A DNA stretch of 61,963 bases, counting the filler, from Nitrospirae bacterium CG2_30_53_67 (lineage in GTDB: Bacteria > CG2-30-53-67), in NCBI GenBank assembly GCA_001873285.1. It is 6 parts of 6 records of this genome, joined end to end, with 100 filler letters (N's around TTAATTAATTAA, not from the genome) between each part and the next. Parts side by side here need not be neighbours in the genome. Positions count along the whole stretch, not along the records: positions 57,297 to 61,963 come from MNYV01000089.1; 5 more parts are not named here. The stretch is one strand, 5' to 3'. This document shows positions 60,221 through 61,963 of the stretch, one piece after another. The notes under the pieces were generated by a model, which was given only the letters and a program-made list of their open reading frames with translations, did not search any database and had not been told where the DNA came from. The position numbers were made by a program, and so were the translations under genes. Position 1 is the first letter of the stretch. The number at the start of each line of letters is the position of its first letter.

Positions 60221-61221
60221 CGCCTTCCCCTCTGAATCTGAACAGTTCGACTGTCCTGAGCTCACTGTCCAAGGACGGCCTGGCATTCAAGGTGGACGTG
60301 GACACCTACCGGGGACTCGAATACGGGGTCCCTGCGCTGCTGAATCTTTTCAGGGAAACCAAGATCCGAGCCTCTTTTTTCGTATCCCTGGGCCCTGATC
60401 ATTCCGGCCGGGCCGTCTTCCGGATCTTCACGAAAAAAGGATTTTTAAAAAAGATGATCCGGACCCGGGCCGCAAGGATGTACGGCTTCTCCACCCTGCT
60501 GTACGGGACCCTTCTGCCGGCGCCTAAAATCGCGCACGCCCTGCCGCACATCATCCGCGCCATTCCCGAGGCAGGCCACGAGATCGGGATCCACTGCTGG
60601 GACCATGTGAAATGGCAGGATAAGCTCCACCGGATGAGCATAGAGCAGATCCGAAAGGAGCTCAACCTCGCCCGCTCGGCCTTCCGAGAGGTCCTGGGCC
60701 GGGACGCTCTCAGCTCCGCCGCCCCGGGTTGGATCTCCAATGCCCGGAGCCTCGCCGTCCAGGACCAGGCCGGCCTCATCTACTGCAGCGACATGCGGGG
60801 TGAGTCCCCATTTTTCCCTGTAGTGGACGGCGTGCGGTTCAACACCCTCCAGATCCCCACGACCCTTCCCACCATGGATGAGATCATGGGAGAAGAGGCG
60901 GGAAGCGACAGGGAAATTGCAGATTATTATCTCTCTCGTCTGAAACCGGGCAGACTTCACGTCATGACCGTGCACGCAGAAACCGAAGGCATGGGCAAGA
61001 AAGAGGTCTTCCGAAGGATCATCGAAGGGGTCCAGGGGAGGCTTCCGATTCTTATGCTCTCCGAAACGGCCCGGCTTTGTCTTGAACAGCCGTCGAACGT
61101 GCCGCATTGCGAGGTTCTGTACGGCCCTGTCCCGGGGCGGGCCGGAGACCTCTCCATACAGGGGGAAAGGATTCAAGGAAATGAAACCGCCCGAACTCTC
61201 CGTGGTGATCCCGGTCTATAA
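60217..61221 (+). CDS. arnD: ArnD-like deformylase (polysaccharide deacetylase fold)
   Basis: KVDVDT..G..GVP, SLGPD, LLYGTLLP, HCWDH, PTTLPT, HAETEG. Confidence 0.88.
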   Translation: MTPSPLNLNSSTVLSSLSKDGLAFKVDVDTYRGLEYGVPALLNLFRETKIRASFFVSLGPDHSGRAVFRIFTKKGFLKKMIRTRAARMYGFSTLLYGTLLPAPKIAHALPHIIRAIPEAGHEIGIHCWDHVKWQDKLHRMSIEQIRKELNLARSAFREVLGRDALSSAAPGWISNARSLAVQDQAGLIYCSDMRGESPFFPVVDGVRFNTLQIPTTLPTMDEIMGEEAGSDREIADYYLSRLKPGRLHVMTVHAETEGMGKKEVFRRIIEGVQGRLPILMLSETARLCLEQPSNVPHCEVLYGPVPGRAGDLSIQGERIQGNETARTLRGDPGL

Positions 61222-61912
61222 CGAAGAAGAGAATATCCCCATCCTGATCCGAGAACTCGAAGAGACCCTGAATCACCTCGGAAAAATATACGAGATCATC
61301 ATGGTGGATGATGGAAGCCGGGACAAAAGCCTTGAGAGAATCCTGGAGGCCCGGCGGGAAAACCCGAGGATCCGGGTCATCAGCTTTGAAAAAAATGCCG
61401 GGCAGACCTCGGCCATGGACGCCGGCTTCCGGGCCGCTCTCGGAGAGGTGATCGTGACCCTGGATGCGGACCTGCAAAACAGCCCCGGAGACATCCCCCT
61501 GCTCCTCGAAAAAATCCCGGAATACGATATGGTATGCGGCTTCCGGGCCGAGAGATCGGACCCCTGGATCAGGAAGATCTCTTCGGTGATCGCCAATTCG
61601 GTCAGGAACGCCTTGACTCATGAGGAGATCAAGGATATTGCATGCTCGCTCAAGGCCTACAAACGGGAATGCCTTCAGAAGGTCAAGCTCTATAACGGCA
61701 TGCACCGTTTCCTTCCCACGCTCTTCAAAATGGAAGGATTCCGGGTGATCGAGGTCCGCGTCGGACATTACCCGAGGCGGCACGGAACAGCCAAATACAA
61801 CATCCGAAACCGGATCTTTCGATCCTTCGTGGACCTTCTTGCGGTCCTGTGGATGAAAAAAAGACAACTGAATTACCGGATACGGGAAGACATCCCGGAC
61901 AAGGGAGAGTGA
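61181..61912 (+). CDS. GT2 polyprenyl-phosphate glycosyltransferase (ArnC-like, short form)
   Basis: VIPVYNE, DDGS, DADLQ, MHRFLP. Confidence 0.88.
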   Translation: MKPPELSVVIPVYNEEENIPILIRELEETLNHLGKIYEIIMVDDGSRDKSLERILEARRENPRIRVISFEKNAGQTSAMDAGFRAALGEVIVTLDADLQNSPGDIPLLLEKIPEYDMVCGFRAERSDPWIRKISSVIANSVRNALTHEEIKDIACSLKAYKRECLQKVKLYNGMHRFLPTLFKMEGFRVIEVRVGHYPRRHGTAKYNIRNRIFRSFVDLLAVLWMKKRQLNYRIREDIPDKGE

Positions 61913-61963
61913 AGTGAGAACCATTCAGAAATTGGTAATGTCAAAAGTTTTAAGAAACTTAAG

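Noticed and set aside
1..61963. Diversity-generating retroelement suggested by the Avd-like fold
   Set aside because: No reverse transcriptase and no TR/VR pair with adenine-specific mismatches was seen in the window.

Overview
Six contig pieces joined by five artificial 100-nt N/TTAATTAATTAA linkers, from an anaerobic Gram-negative bacterium (Desulfobacterota/Nitrospirota-like by gene content; this is inference). The coding content is mostly housekeeping: a NikR-regulated NikMNQO nickel transporter; an O2-defence and electron-carrier cluster (FprA, two rubredoxins, ferredoxin, two ferritin-like proteins); aspA; argS-SPOR; ubiA/ubiX; dinG; an rtcB-archease-pcm-amrS-dksA repair cluster; acs; lipA; alaC-hom-thrC-apgM-lysC-cimA; a hybrid kinase; degP; leuACD; aconitase; EpsI/exosortase; gmd; two MNT-HEPN loci; and an arn-like lipid A modification operon. 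No rRNA, tRNA or CRISPR array was seen. The unusual signal is non-coding. A family of elements with inverted arms of 8-nt G-rich/C-rich tandem repeats (AGGGGTCA, AAGGGTTC, telomere-like TTTAAGGG) occurs at 9 loci. One locus abuts a four-helix-bundle (Avd/IVP-like) gene, and another still carries a synonymously diverged remnant of that gene. A 68-nt element has inserted at the same position of that repeat twice. Other signals are parallel 7-nt and 9-nt inverted-repeat families, nested MITEs, a promoter-gene-tail cassette array at 13.9-16.2 kb, and 24-35 nt mini-elements lying in frame inside arnT and arnD. All protein family calls come from motif recognition, not database searches.
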